Assembly (NCBI GenBank): GCA_016930775.1
Contig: JAFGGB010000019.1
Coordinates: 3,787-67,786, forward strand
Direction of reading: 5' to 3'
DNA from: Deltaproteobacteria bacterium
Lineage (GTDB): Bacteria > Desulfobacterota > Syntrophia > Syntrophales > UBA2210
DNA: 64,000 nt
Shown: piece by piece, positions 19,695-28,796 of the stretch
Layout: every line of letters begins with the position of its first letter
How positions within the stretch are numbered: the first letter of the stretch is position 1
Made by a program: the position numbers and the translations under genes
Notes under the pieces: generated by a model
Seen by the model: only the letters and a program-made list of their open reading frames with translations
Told to the model about the DNA's origin: nothing
Database searches by the model: none

Positions 19695-20362
19695 GAGAGG
19701 GCTCCCTTCTGCTGAACCAGAATATCAACCAAAGGCCCCGGCACGTTGACTGCGTCGGGATGAAGCTCGCCCATTTCGACGATGGGTTTGTAGACGGAAG
19801 CGATAACCATGTCAGCGGCGGTGCACATCACTTCATTGAAATTATTCTGGGTTCTCCTGAAAATAAGATTTCCATTCTTGTCGGCCATATATGCCTCGGT
19901 AAGCGTCACATCAGCTTTCAGCGGGGGATGGTAGAGGCACTCCGTTCCGTTCACCGTGATTCTGGTTCCCAACCCTTTTTCCTCAACGATTGTTCCAAGG
20001 CCCGTACGCGTTAGCACGCCGCCGAGACCGTAACCGGCGGCCCGTATCCTTTCCGCGAGCGTTCCCTGAGGGGTAAGCTCCAATTCGAGCTTGCCTTTTT
20101 GCACAAGTTCCGGAACGATCGGCGTAAGGCCGCACCACGACAAGATCAGCTTCCCGATGCACCCGGCATAGAGAAGCCTCCCGACGCCCTCTTCAGGCGT
20201 TCCGCTGTCGTTGGTCACGACAGTGAGATCCTTAATGCCGTGCCGGATGATCTCGCCGATGAATTCATCGGGCGTGCCAACTCCGTAAAAACCGCCTATG
20301 TGCAAGGTCATACCGCTTTTGACGTGGCCAATGGCTTCTTCCAAAGGTTTGATTTTCGACAT
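19691..20362 (-). CDS. 3-oxoacid/acetate CoA-transferase subunit A
   Basis: Start at ATG 20362 (GAGGTG RBS). MSKIKPLEEAIGHVKSGMTLHIGGFYGVGTP. A 4-bp ATGA overlap with subunit B. Confidence 0.92.
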   Translation of the reverse strand: MSKIKPLEEAIGHVKSGMTLHIGGFYGVGTPDEFIGEIIRHGIKDLTVVTNDSGTPEEGVGRLLYAGCIGKLILSWCGLTPIVPELVQKGKLELELTPQGTLAERIRAAGYGLGGVLTRTGLGTIVEEKGLGTRITVNGTECLYHPPLKADVTLTEAYMADKNGNLIFRRTQNNFNEVMCTAADMVIASVYKPIVEMGELHPDAVNVPGPLVDILVQQKGALS

Positions 20363-20415
20363 GCACGCACCTCGCAAAACTTTTATTGATCCGCTGTCTT
20401 TTGATAAAGCCGTTT

Positions 20416-20431
20416 TGCAATAGGAATGCCA
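20416..20431 (-). promoter_or_regulatory. Sigma-54 (-24/-12) promoter of the CoA-transferase/SDR/thiolase/MaoC operon
   Basis: The minus strand reads TGGCAT-TCCTA-TTGCA, matching the consensus TGGCAC-N5-TTGCA with correct GG/GC spacing. It lies ~55 nt upstream of the ATG at 20362 and faces a divergent sigma-54 activator gene. Confidence 0.78.
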
Positions 20432-20793
20432 TCGGACATGGAAAGACTATTGCAGTCGGGGAGGACGATGAGAAAGCCGATGTTGCGGCAGCAACATCGG
20501 CAATAAAATTAGATATATATGCTTATAACTGCAAGATTTTTCATTGGTTCGTCGTTGCTGCCGTCGTCGACATTTCTATCGGCCATGGAGATGTGTTTGC
20601 AGCAGCGATATAGGCAGCATTGCCTACAAGCGGATTCGAATAAATGTAATATCATGATATTGCTTATTTAATTAGCATAGGCGATGATGCATACAGGAAT
20701 TTATATATGCATAAGTGCCTATAGTGTGATAGGGTCACTGTCCGGTTATGATTTAAGCCGAGGCGATTTTCAGTCCAACGAAAAGGAGAGATT

Positions 20794-22629
20794 GTGAATT
20801 TACTAGATATATTGCTAGGATTTGATACATGCCCTTTTGGTCTCGCTCTGCTGGACAGCTCCAGAAAATTGTTAAAGTTCAATTCCCAATTCGCGTCGAT
20901 GTTCGATATAAAAAAGGATCACGCGTTGGGCCTCGACATAACGACCCTTATGCCTTTCATGAAAAAAATTCATTTTGTTGGCGAGCATGAGAGCGAAGTG
21001 ATTGTCACGAAGGACGACAGGACGTATCTTCTCGATATGTTCAGATACGGCGAGGACGGTAACGAGATATTTTTCCTCAGTTGTCAGGATCATACTGAAT
21101 GGCGCAGGTTTTTGAATCAATACCGGAGCATGAACAAAAAGGCTTTTCTTGCGGAGGAGATGTACAATGCCATGTCGGACGGAATTTTCATTACCGACGG
21201 GCAAGGAATCACCCTCTACGTTAACGATGCCTTCGTCAATTTATCCGGACTCAACCGTGAGAACATCATAGGAAAATCGGTGTACTCCCTCATGGAGCAA
21301 GGCATCGTTCCTAATTCTTGCGCTGCTCATGTCATAGAATCCGGGGGCAAAGAATCGACGATTAACAATTTTTACATGGGGAAAAGCTGCCTTGTCACCG
21401 GAACTCCCGTTTTCGTCGATGAAAAATTGAGGAGAGTTGTCTGCATTGTACGGGACATGACCGAACTGAAATGCCTCCAGGATAAACTGGACAACGCGAC
21501 GGCCCTTTCATTGAGTTACAGGAAACGTCTCAGTGAACTGGAGACCAAGCAGGCGAATGTCAATGTTCGTGAAACGCGCTGTAAAGAAATGAAGGAGATC
21601 TACGACAAGACCATCAAGGTTGCAACCTTTGACACCCCGATTCTGCTGCTTGGAGAAACGGGCGTCGGCAAGGATTTTATGGCTCATTTTATACATGACG
21701 TGGCTAAGAAAGAAAACGATTCTCCATTAATTAAGATAAATTGCGGCGCCATTCCTGAATCGCTGCTCGTTTCCGAACTTTTTGGATATGAACCGGGGGC
21801 TTTTACCGATGCGAGGAAGCAAGGAAAAATCGGTTTATTCGAATTGGCCAACAATGGGACGTTATACCTGGACGAGATAGGAGAAATGCCCCTGTCCTTG
21901 CAGATACAGCTTCTTGGCGTACTCCAGGATAAAGAATTTCAGCGTCTCGGAGGTACGAAAACCGTAAAGCTGAATGCGAGGATTATAGCGGCGACTAACA
22001 AAAACCTGGAGCAGGCGATCGAAAAAGGGGAATTCCGCCGCGATTTGTATTACAGGCTTAATGTTGTCACCATTACCGTTCCTCCCTTGAGAAACAGAAG
22101 GGACGATATAATTCCCCTTGCCATGCTGTTCCTTCAGGAATTCAACGGAAAGTTTCAGAAAGCGAGATTTTTCTTTCCGAAAACGCTTGATGCGTTCAGA
22201 AATTACGGTTGGCCGGGAAATATAAGGGAAATGAGAAACGTGATCGAGAGGATGGTAATCATATCGAACGACGACTGTCTGTATCCCCAACTCTTTAAGG
22301 AGCAGCTCTCAAATCTCGTTGAGAGCGGTATGTCGGAAAGCATCGCGCTCTTCGATGAGAATAGCGATGCCAACGGGGATGTATCCTTTGCGGGGCTATT
22401 CAACAATGATCCAGGCGACGGGCGAAGCTTGAGAGAATTGTTGGATGATTGCGAATCCGCCATTATTCAAAAAGCCCTCGAACGATTTCCAAATTTGCAC
22501 GCCGCCGCCCGGAGCCTTGCAATCGACATATCAACGCTCGTAAGGAAGAAGAAAAGGCACAACATACACTGGCGTTTCAGCCGCAAAGGGTTCAAGGGAC
22601 GGTCCAAGGGACATTCATCGATACTATAA
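20794..22629 (+). CDS. Sigma-54-dependent transcriptional activator (PAS sensor + AAA+ + Fis-type HTH)
   Basis: 611 aa with a GTG start after AAGGAGAG. PAS region (ITDGQGITLYVNDAF..LSGL). AAA+ core: GETGVGKD, the loop variant GAFTDA in place of GAFTGA, LYLDEIGEM, RRDLYYRLNV. C-terminal HTH. Confidence 0.93.
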   Translation: MNLLDILLGFDTCPFGLALLDSSRKLLKFNSQFASMFDIKKDHALGLDITTLMPFMKKIHFVGEHESEVIVTKDDRTYLLDMFRYGEDGNEIFFLSCQDHTEWRRFLNQYRSMNKKAFLAEEMYNAMSDGIFITDGQGITLYVNDAFVNLSGLNRENIIGKSVYSLMEQGIVPNSCAAHVIESGGKESTINNFYMGKSCLVTGTPVFVDEKLRRVVCIVRDMTELKCLQDKLDNATALSLSYRKRLSELETKQANVNVRETRCKEMKEIYDKTIKVATFDTPILLLGETGVGKDFMAHFIHDVAKKENDSPLIKINCGAIPESLLVSELFGYEPGAFTDARKQGKIGLFELANNGTLYLDEIGEMPLSLQIQLLGVLQDKEFQRLGGTKTVKLNARIIAATNKNLEQAIEKGEFRRDLYYRLNVVTITVPPLRNRRDDIIPLAMLFLQEFNGKFQKARFFFPKTLDAFRNYGWPGNIREMRNVIERMVIISNDDCLYPQLFKEQLSNLVESGMSESIALFDENSDANGDVSFAGLFNNDPGDGRSLRELLDDCESAIIQKALERFPNLHAAARSLAIDISTLVRKKKRHNIHWRFSRKGFKGRSKGHSSIL

Positions 22630-22809
22630 ACTTAAAATTTTCTGCCACAATCTTGGGCCATTCCGGATTGCTTTACCGTTATGGATGATTCGGATTGATT
22701 GAGAGTGAGCGAACGTCCTTGACGATGCCCTCCCTCGGTGATAGAAGTCGCCTGACGGAGACGGCGCCCTGCCGGATCGAAGACCGATCTGCCGCCGGAA
22801 AGGATCATT

Positions 22810-23775
22810 GTGAGAGAAAAGACAGCACCAGCGGATTTCGCCGTCTGCCACCGAATAATAGATAATATTTCCCATGTAATCGTCGGCAAGACCGATGTTC
22901 TGGAATTGATTCTTGCAGCTCTCCTGGGAGAAGGCCATGTGCTCCTTCAGGATGTGCCGGGGGTCGGCAAGACATTGCTCGCCAAGTCGCTGGCCCGGAG
23001 CATCGACGGCGTTTTTAAACGCATACAGTTCGCACCGGACCTTCTGCCCGCAGATGTGACGGGGTTTACCGTTTATAACCAAAAAAAAGGCGAGTTCACC
23101 TTCCAGCCTGGCCCCGTGATGACAAATGTGCTGCTTGCCGATGAAATCAACCGAACCGTTCCCCGGACGCAAGCGAGTCTGCTTGAATGTATGGAAGAAC
23201 GACAGATAACTGTCGATGGGACCACAATGGCGCTTCCGTGCCCCTTTTTTGTCATAGCCACACAAAATCCCATCGAACTGGAAGGCACCTTTCCCCTTCC
23301 CGAGGCTCAACTAGACCGATTCCTTGTGAAGGTTAGTCTCGGTTATCCCGATCATGGGGAGGAAATGGCCATTCTTGAACGTTTTCGATTGGAGGACCCT
23401 TTCGGGGAACTGGAACCGGTGATTGCTCCGGAGCAGATCATCAGTCTACAACGCAAGAGACGCCAGATACAGGTGGCGCCGCTTGTTATCGACTATATAG
23501 CCTCGATTGCCGCCGCGACAAGAGGGCATGCTTCTCTCCTCTATGGGGCGAGCCCGCGGGCCTCTCTCGGTCTGATGCGGACGGCCCAGGCGCTTGCGGC
23601 GCTCAGAAACAGAGACTATGTGCTTCCGGACGATGTAAAGCATTTGGTCGTTCCGGTTCTGGCGCACAGGGTGATACTCCAGATGAAAGAGCGCCTCCGG
23701 GGCGCCACTGCCGAGAGCGTTTTGAAGGACATTATCGACAGGACTCCGGTGCCTGCGCCTGTCGATGGGGCGTGA
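22810..23775 (+). CDS. MoxR-family AAA+ ATPase
   Basis: Motifs GHVLLQDVPGVGKTLLAKSLA, LLADEINRTVPRTQASLLECMEE and ATQNPIELEGTFPLPEAQLDRF. Confidence 0.92.
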   Translation: MREKTAPADFAVCHRIIDNISHVIVGKTDVLELILAALLGEGHVLLQDVPGVGKTLLAKSLARSIDGVFKRIQFAPDLLPADVTGFTVYNQKKGEFTFQPGPVMTNVLLADEINRTVPRTQASLLECMEERQITVDGTTMALPCPFFVIATQNPIELEGTFPLPEAQLDRFLVKVSLGYPDHGEEMAILERFRLEDPFGELEPVIAPEQIISLQRKRRQIQVAPLVIDYIASIAAATRGHASLLYGASPRASLGLMRTAQALAALRNRDYVLPDDVKHLVVPVLAHRVILQMKERLRGATAESVLKDIIDRTPVPAPVDGA

Positions 23776-24943
23776 TTCCGTGTCCGAGCGGATTTCTTCA
23801 ATCCTGATCATTCCTCTCATACAGGGACTTCTGATTGTCTGTGCTTTTCTCGCGCTGATCGCCAGAGATCGGCATCTCCTGTTTATTTCGATTCTTGCAC
23901 TTGCCGTCGTTATTCTTGCCAGTTTGTGGGCCCGCAGGGGCATAGGCGGATTAGGAACTTCCGTTGCCGTTGAGAACCGGCGACTTTTCCCCGGTGAAGA
24001 AACGACCCTTCTTGTCAGAATCGAAAATCGCACGAGACTGCCGTTCCGATACCGGGGCTCGATCCTGAATAACGTCACGACAGATGATAACGGTTCTATC
24101 GAAGGCATCGTGATGCCGCGCGCCGCCGAGACAAGGACAGTGCAGATCAGGGTTCGTCGGCGCGGAGTCGTTCGATTGGGATTCGGCAACGTCGAGGCGG
24201 GCGATCTTCTGGGTTTTTACTGGCGGATGGTCAAGACGGAGGCTTTTACAGAGATCATTGTCTATCCTCGAATCCGGCCGGTGGGACCCATTGCGCTTAC
24301 GCGGCTGAACATGATTGGACGTCCAGGCGGCATTCATTGTCTTACCGATCCGCTCTATCCTGTGGGAACTCGAGAATACAGGGGCAACCGGCCGGCCCGT
24401 TTCATTGACTGGAAAGCAACAGCTCGCCATGATTGCCTGCAGGAGAGGATATTCGAGCCTTCTATGAAAGCCAAGGTCCTCTTTCTTCTTGATGCGGAGG
24501 GTTATGATCGCCTTGGCGGCCTGTCGGATTTTGAACAGATGGTTGAAGCGGCGGCATCGATTGCGGCTGATTTCGCGCGACAAGGCGCTGCCGTTGGCAT
24601 AGCAACGAACAGTCATCTCACCGGAATAAATAGCGATTTCGGAATTCTTCCGGCGGCGACAGGCACGGACCATCTTCCACCGCTCCTGGAAATTCTGGCG
24701 CGATGCGAACCTCGCGCCTTTGTCGGATTGGCTGAAATATTGCATGAGCATGTTGTCCTTTCAGGAGACACGACAGTTCTTTATCTGGGCCGGGAGGAGT
24801 CGGAAATCACCCGCGAGATTCAATCTTTCTTTACGGGGAAGAGAAGTTTCTTTGCGATCGTCGATCCTCGGGACATTATCCTTACTGTGGATGAAAATGG
24901 GTATGACGAAAGGGAGCATCCGGCAGAACGCGCTGTTGGATGA
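23765..24943 (+). CDS. DUF58 (vWA-like) protein, MoxR partner
   Basis: 392 aa. Two N-terminal TM helices. REYRGNRPARFIDWKATAR is the DUF58 core. The start overlaps the MoxR stop by 11 nt. Confidence 0.82.
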   Translation: MGRDSVSERISSILIIPLIQGLLIVCAFLALIARDRHLLFISILALAVVILASLWARRGIGGLGTSVAVENRRLFPGEETTLLVRIENRTRLPFRYRGSILNNVTTDDNGSIEGIVMPRAAETRTVQIRVRRRGVVRLGFGNVEAGDLLGFYWRMVKTEAFTEIIVYPRIRPVGPIALTRLNMIGRPGGIHCLTDPLYPVGTREYRGNRPARFIDWKATARHDCLQERIFEPSMKAKVLFLLDAEGYDRLGGLSDFEQMVEAAASIAADFARQGAAVGIATNSHLTGINSDFGILPAATGTDHLPPLLEILARCEPRAFVGLAEILHEHVVLSGDTTVLYLGREESEITREIQSFFTGKRSFFAIVDPRDIILTVDENGYDEREHPAERAVG

Positions 24944-24952
24944 AAAAAAGCC

Positions 24953-26368
24953 GTGACTGCAGCAGCGTTACGAATGTGTTATCTGTGCATAGAGGCTTCT
25001 TGGATTGCCGCCTGGATTGCCTTTATAGGTTATTATACGCTTCAGCGGGAAATTCCCATTGTTGGGATTTTTCTTATCCTTCTTGTTGCGACAACAGCTG
25101 CACGATTCGAGAAATTGTGGCGGCGACGCATTGCAGCAATACTCATCCAGGGATGTGGACTTGCCGTCCTGTCCGTCCTTGCTGTTCGCCTTTTCCTGTT
25201 CTCGGGAGATTCTTCTATTGACGGTGGCCATGAGAACTCCTTCAGGGAGAATCTGAAAATTATAGAAATCGTTCTTGCAGTCATTGTCGTCTGGATCAGG
25301 GGAATCGTTCTGTCGGGTCGCGATTCGGGAAGAGATGCCGTCGCTTCATCTTTCGACATGGGTCTCTTGGCTTTCTTCAGTCTCTTTCTTATCAAGCTCG
25401 GACTTACTGCGAGGCATGGTCTTCTCCTTGCCGATTCAGCAGGTTTGCCGCATTTTGTGACCTTCCTGTTTGCGGCGATCCTTTCGTACGGTCTTTCGGC
25501 GCAAAAATCTCCATCAGGTTTTGTCTCCTCGACATTTTGCAAGAGCGTGCTGTATCTTTTTGCCTTTGGTTGCGCCGTCTGCGCTATTGCAGGCGTTGCC
25601 GCTTTTGTCCTGATGCCTCTTCTCTCCAGCGGCGCCGATGTTGTTCTTGCGGGCATACAGGATGTTGCCGGACCTATCGGGATGGCGGTTGCCCGTGTTC
25701 TGGCCTTCCTAGTTACGGGGGTTGGGCGGTTCCCGGCGACAATCCCCGCACAGAGCCCATCAGCGACCCAGAAATTTCCTTCAGCAAACCTTGCCCACCA
25801 TGACAGCGGCTTCCTGGAGACGGCGGTCTTCTGGATATTCCTTGCCGTTGCCTTCATCGGGTTGGCCCTCGCGCTGGTTATTCTGCTGTGGCAGCTCTTT
25901 CGGTGGCTCATATCTGAAAGGACTGGGTGCGGGAATGAGCAGGCTGGATTGCTGCATTTCTATGTTGTATTCTACAAGATAAGGAACTTGATCAGGCATT
26001 GCATTGGTTGGATGCGGAGTGAGAAGGCGATGGAGGATGGCCCCCGCGCCGGCTTCCGATTTCTTCTTCACTGGGGAAAGATCAGGGGAGTGTCCAGAAA
26101 CCATTCGGAAACACCCGCAGAATACGGGAGGCGCCTGGCTGCTCATTGCTCCGATGCCGTCAATTCTATCGGGGCGATTATAGAAGCATACAACGGCTTT
26201 ACGTACGGCGGGTTAATTGCCGATGACAAGGAAACGACATCCCTCCATAAAGCCGTGAGCCGATTGGAAAAATCCTCAGGGAAGCTGTTGCCCGGGTTGA
26301 CGGACTATCAAGGCAGGCTTCGAATAACATCCTATTTCAACCCGTCCGGCCTGGAGCCCATCGAATAA
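24953..26368 (+). CDS. Polytopic membrane protein with C-terminal DUF4129-like domain (third member of the MoxR/DUF58 triad)
   Basis: 471 aa. Multiple hydrophobic helices in the first ~330 aa. The C-terminal soluble region (..SETPAEYGRRLA..IIEAYNGFTYGG) resembles DUF4129. I see no Cys-His-Asp transglutaminase core. Confidence 0.65.
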   Translation: MTAAALRMCYLCIEASWIAAWIAFIGYYTLQREIPIVGIFLILLVATTAARFEKLWRRRIAAILIQGCGLAVLSVLAVRLFLFSGDSSIDGGHENSFRENLKIIEIVLAVIVVWIRGIVLSGRDSGRDAVASSFDMGLLAFFSLFLIKLGLTARHGLLLADSAGLPHFVTFLFAAILSYGLSAQKSPSGFVSSTFCKSVLYLFAFGCAVCAIAGVAAFVLMPLLSSGADVVLAGIQDVAGPIGMAVARVLAFLVTGVGRFPATIPAQSPSATQKFPSANLAHHDSGFLETAVFWIFLAVAFIGLALALVILLWQLFRWLISERTGCGNEQAGLLHFYVVFYKIRNLIRHCIGWMRSEKAMEDGPRAGFRFLLHWGKIRGVSRNHSETPAEYGRRLAAHCSDAVNSIGAIIEAYNGFTYGGLIADDKETTSLHKAVSRLEKSSGKLLPGLTDYQGRLRITSYFNPSGLEPIE

Positions 26369-26740
26369 CTTCTGTGTTGCGTTTCTGGGAGCAGGCGGCA
26401 GCTGTTCTTATTGTGATAGAACGGTTCGGGAAGGAGATATGTATCCCGGCAGGACGTATGTCCGTCACGAGGGTCTCTATCGGGAGGGCTGTCATACAGG
26501 ACCGCTGACAACAGCAGTCGTCTTTGCTCTAAAGGTCGGAGATGCTGCATTTTTCGGCGAGTTGATTCGGCGGTTACAAGATATTGCACCGCCGCAAGTT
26601 CAGTCCCGACCTCATAAACCACTGAGTGTTTACCAATATATGCCGCGACTCGCCTCTCATTCCGTGCCATTCAACTTTCTTCAAAAATAAAAGCTTGATT
26701 TTGATGAACAAAATTCTTATTGACAGCTCCATCCTTCGGT

Positions 26741-26760
26741 AGTATGAAATATTTCATACT
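26741..26760. promoter_or_regulatory. Perfect 20-bp palindrome (candidate operator) overlapping a possible promoter
   Basis: AGTATGAAAT|ATTTCATACT. TTGACA at 26720-26725 plus a 17-nt spacer plus TATGAA at 26743-26748. A degenerate second copy (AGTATTTGAAA...TTATTTCATTCT) follows at 26762-26790. Confidence 0.4.
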
Positions 26761-27029
26761 TAGTATTTGAAAATAGAATTATTTCATTCTTGGCAACTTC
26801 AGATTTATACTCGCGGCGTCATGTATTAAGCGACGCCTTCTGTCTTCGATGTGACTGCCATGCACACGAGAGTTTATTCGGGGCTTTCCCGACGAATATT
26901 CTTTGCGAATCGTTGAAGGGCTCGAATGTTCCAGGAGGTTCTCCAAAGATTATGCCCGAGAAAGGAAGTGAATGATACGCAGGGTGTGGATTGAAATAAT
27001 CCTTAACGGTACAAATGGAGGGTAATGAG

Positions 27030-28460
27030 ATGAGAACAATAAGGAATATTTTTGTGTGCATGGTTGTTATTGCTTTAAGTCTGCCGGCTGCTTCCATTGC
27101 CTGCACGACGATTCTCGTTGGAAAAAATCTCACCGCTGACGGCGCCGTGCTCCACGGACACAACGAGGACATGGGCTTCACTGCCGTAGGCCGCATCGTT
27201 CCGATGAAAGGCGCCTCGTACGGCGAAAAGGACACCCTCGCGGTGCCCTATGTTACTATCCCTCAGCCGAAGGAAACGTATAACTACTGGGGCTGCGGAA
27301 ATGCCTTGGGCGCATCGGGACTCGGCACCGTTAAGGAATCGAGGCCCTACGACTGGGTTCTTGTGGGCATGAATCAGTGGGGCGTCACAATGAGCTGCAA
27401 CTGGATGTACTCAAAGGAAGACAGTTTCTCGGGGAAGGGCATCAGGCGTTATGCCATCAGGCAGCTTATTCTTGAGCGATGCAAAACGGCACGCGAGGCG
27501 GTTGATCTTATCGCCGGCTTTATAGACAAATACGGGAAGGCCGATTGGAGCGGTCTAGACTACTGTCTGGCAGATCCAAAGGAAGCTTGGGTGGTCGAGA
27601 CAACCTCGAAGAACTGGGTTGCCAAGAGGATAAAGGATAAAGAATTTATCGTCGTAGCGAATCGATTCGTCGTCGGTGATGATTATGATCTGGCCAGCAA
27701 GGGCCTTATCGACTATGCCGTGAAGATGGGCTGGTACGATGCCAAGAAAGACGGCAAATTCAGCTTTAAAAAAGCCTATGGTCGCCCGGATCGAATGAAT
27801 TCTCCCTACGATGTGGATCGTGAAAACCGTTCATATGAGATGCTTGAGGGGAAACAGGGCGTTATGGCTCCAGAGGATCTTTTCCAGGTCCTGATGGATC
27901 GCTATGAGGGCACCGATAAATTCAGGAAGCCAATTTCCGAGATGGAACATTGGGAAGATGTAACCGACAAGCTCCTGGTACCCCGTCCGATTAATACAAA
28001 TCTCTGCCAATCTTCAACAGTGGCCCAGCTTAGAAGCGACCTTCCCGTGGAAGTCGGTTCAGTCATGTGGTACGCTATGGCTACGCCCGGTTACTCGGGA
28101 TACTTCCCCGTGTATGCAGGCGCAACCATTATTCCTGATGAATTTCAGAATATGAACAGCGCCTATAGCGCTTCGTCGGCCTGGTGGACTTTCCGTCTCC
28201 TTCAGAAGACAGCCGACGTGAAATACGATCAGTTATATCCGCAGCTCAAGGCGTACTGGTCAGGCCGTCACGGTTCCGTCATCGCTCGAACCGGCGAGAT
28301 CGAGGCGAGGATCAAAGATCTTATGGCAGCGGGGAAAAAGGCTGAGGCTGTGGAACTTCTTAACAAATTAACCTATTCCCAGGCGAAAAGCACACTTCAG
28401 GAAGCGCGTTTCCAGTTGACTACGTTGCAGCAACAGACGGGGAACATTTCTGTCTGGTAA
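27030..28460 (+). CDS. Secreted C69-family dipeptidase
   Basis: Start at ATG 27030 (GGAGGG RBS). The signal peptide ends ..AASIA|CTTILVGKNLTADGAVLHGHNED, exposing the N-terminal nucleophile Cys typical of C69. Confidence 0.88.
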   Translation: MRTIRNIFVCMVVIALSLPAASIACTTILVGKNLTADGAVLHGHNEDMGFTAVGRIVPMKGASYGEKDTLAVPYVTIPQPKETYNYWGCGNALGASGLGTVKESRPYDWVLVGMNQWGVTMSCNWMYSKEDSFSGKGIRRYAIRQLILERCKTAREAVDLIAGFIDKYGKADWSGLDYCLADPKEAWVVETTSKNWVAKRIKDKEFIVVANRFVVGDDYDLASKGLIDYAVKMGWYDAKKDGKFSFKKAYGRPDRMNSPYDVDRENRSYEMLEGKQGVMAPEDLFQVLMDRYEGTDKFRKPISEMEHWEDVTDKLLVPRPINTNLCQSSTVAQLRSDLPVEVGSVMWYAMATPGYSGYFPVYAGATIIPDEFQNMNSAYSASSAWWTFRLLQKTADVKYDQLYPQLKAYWSGRHGSVIARTGEIEARIKDLMAAGKKAEAVELLNKLTYSQAKSTLQEARFQLTTLQQQTGNISVW

Positions 28461-28796
28461 TCATTTTCACCTCAACCGGCATAGTGCGGCAGGCCCTCGG
28501 TTTGTTTTTTACCGGGGGCCTGCTGACAGAACAGGCATGAGCGTCAATGTCGGATAATTTAATCAATACATAATCAACACTGCTTTTTGTCCCCCATAAG
28601 CCGTCTTTAAAAAACCACGGAAAAAAACGGACCGGAAGTAAAAGATTCGGCAAACCGGACGCGAGATATTGCCTGATGCATATCTCTCTGCCGCACTATA
28701 AAAAAAGAACAAAAGTTATTTTATTTATTATTTCTTCCAAATATTTATCTGGCTGCCTCCATTTGTTAGGACTACAGAAAAAACCAGGAGGCTCCT

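Noticed and set aside
22624-23310. 228-aa minus-strand ORF overlapping the MoxR gene. The same applies to 25042-25911, 14775-15611 and 47567-48235.
   Set aside because: All are antisense to genes with strong family signatures, and none has a start context.
26332-26690. Two overlapping small ORFs (112 aa on the minus strand, 83 aa on the plus strand) next to the 20-bp palindrome. I considered the 112-aa one as a possible small regulator.
   Set aside because: Neither has a convincing RBS or a recognisable HTH. The minus-strand ORF overlaps the DUF4129 gene end by 37 nt. I left the region unannotated.
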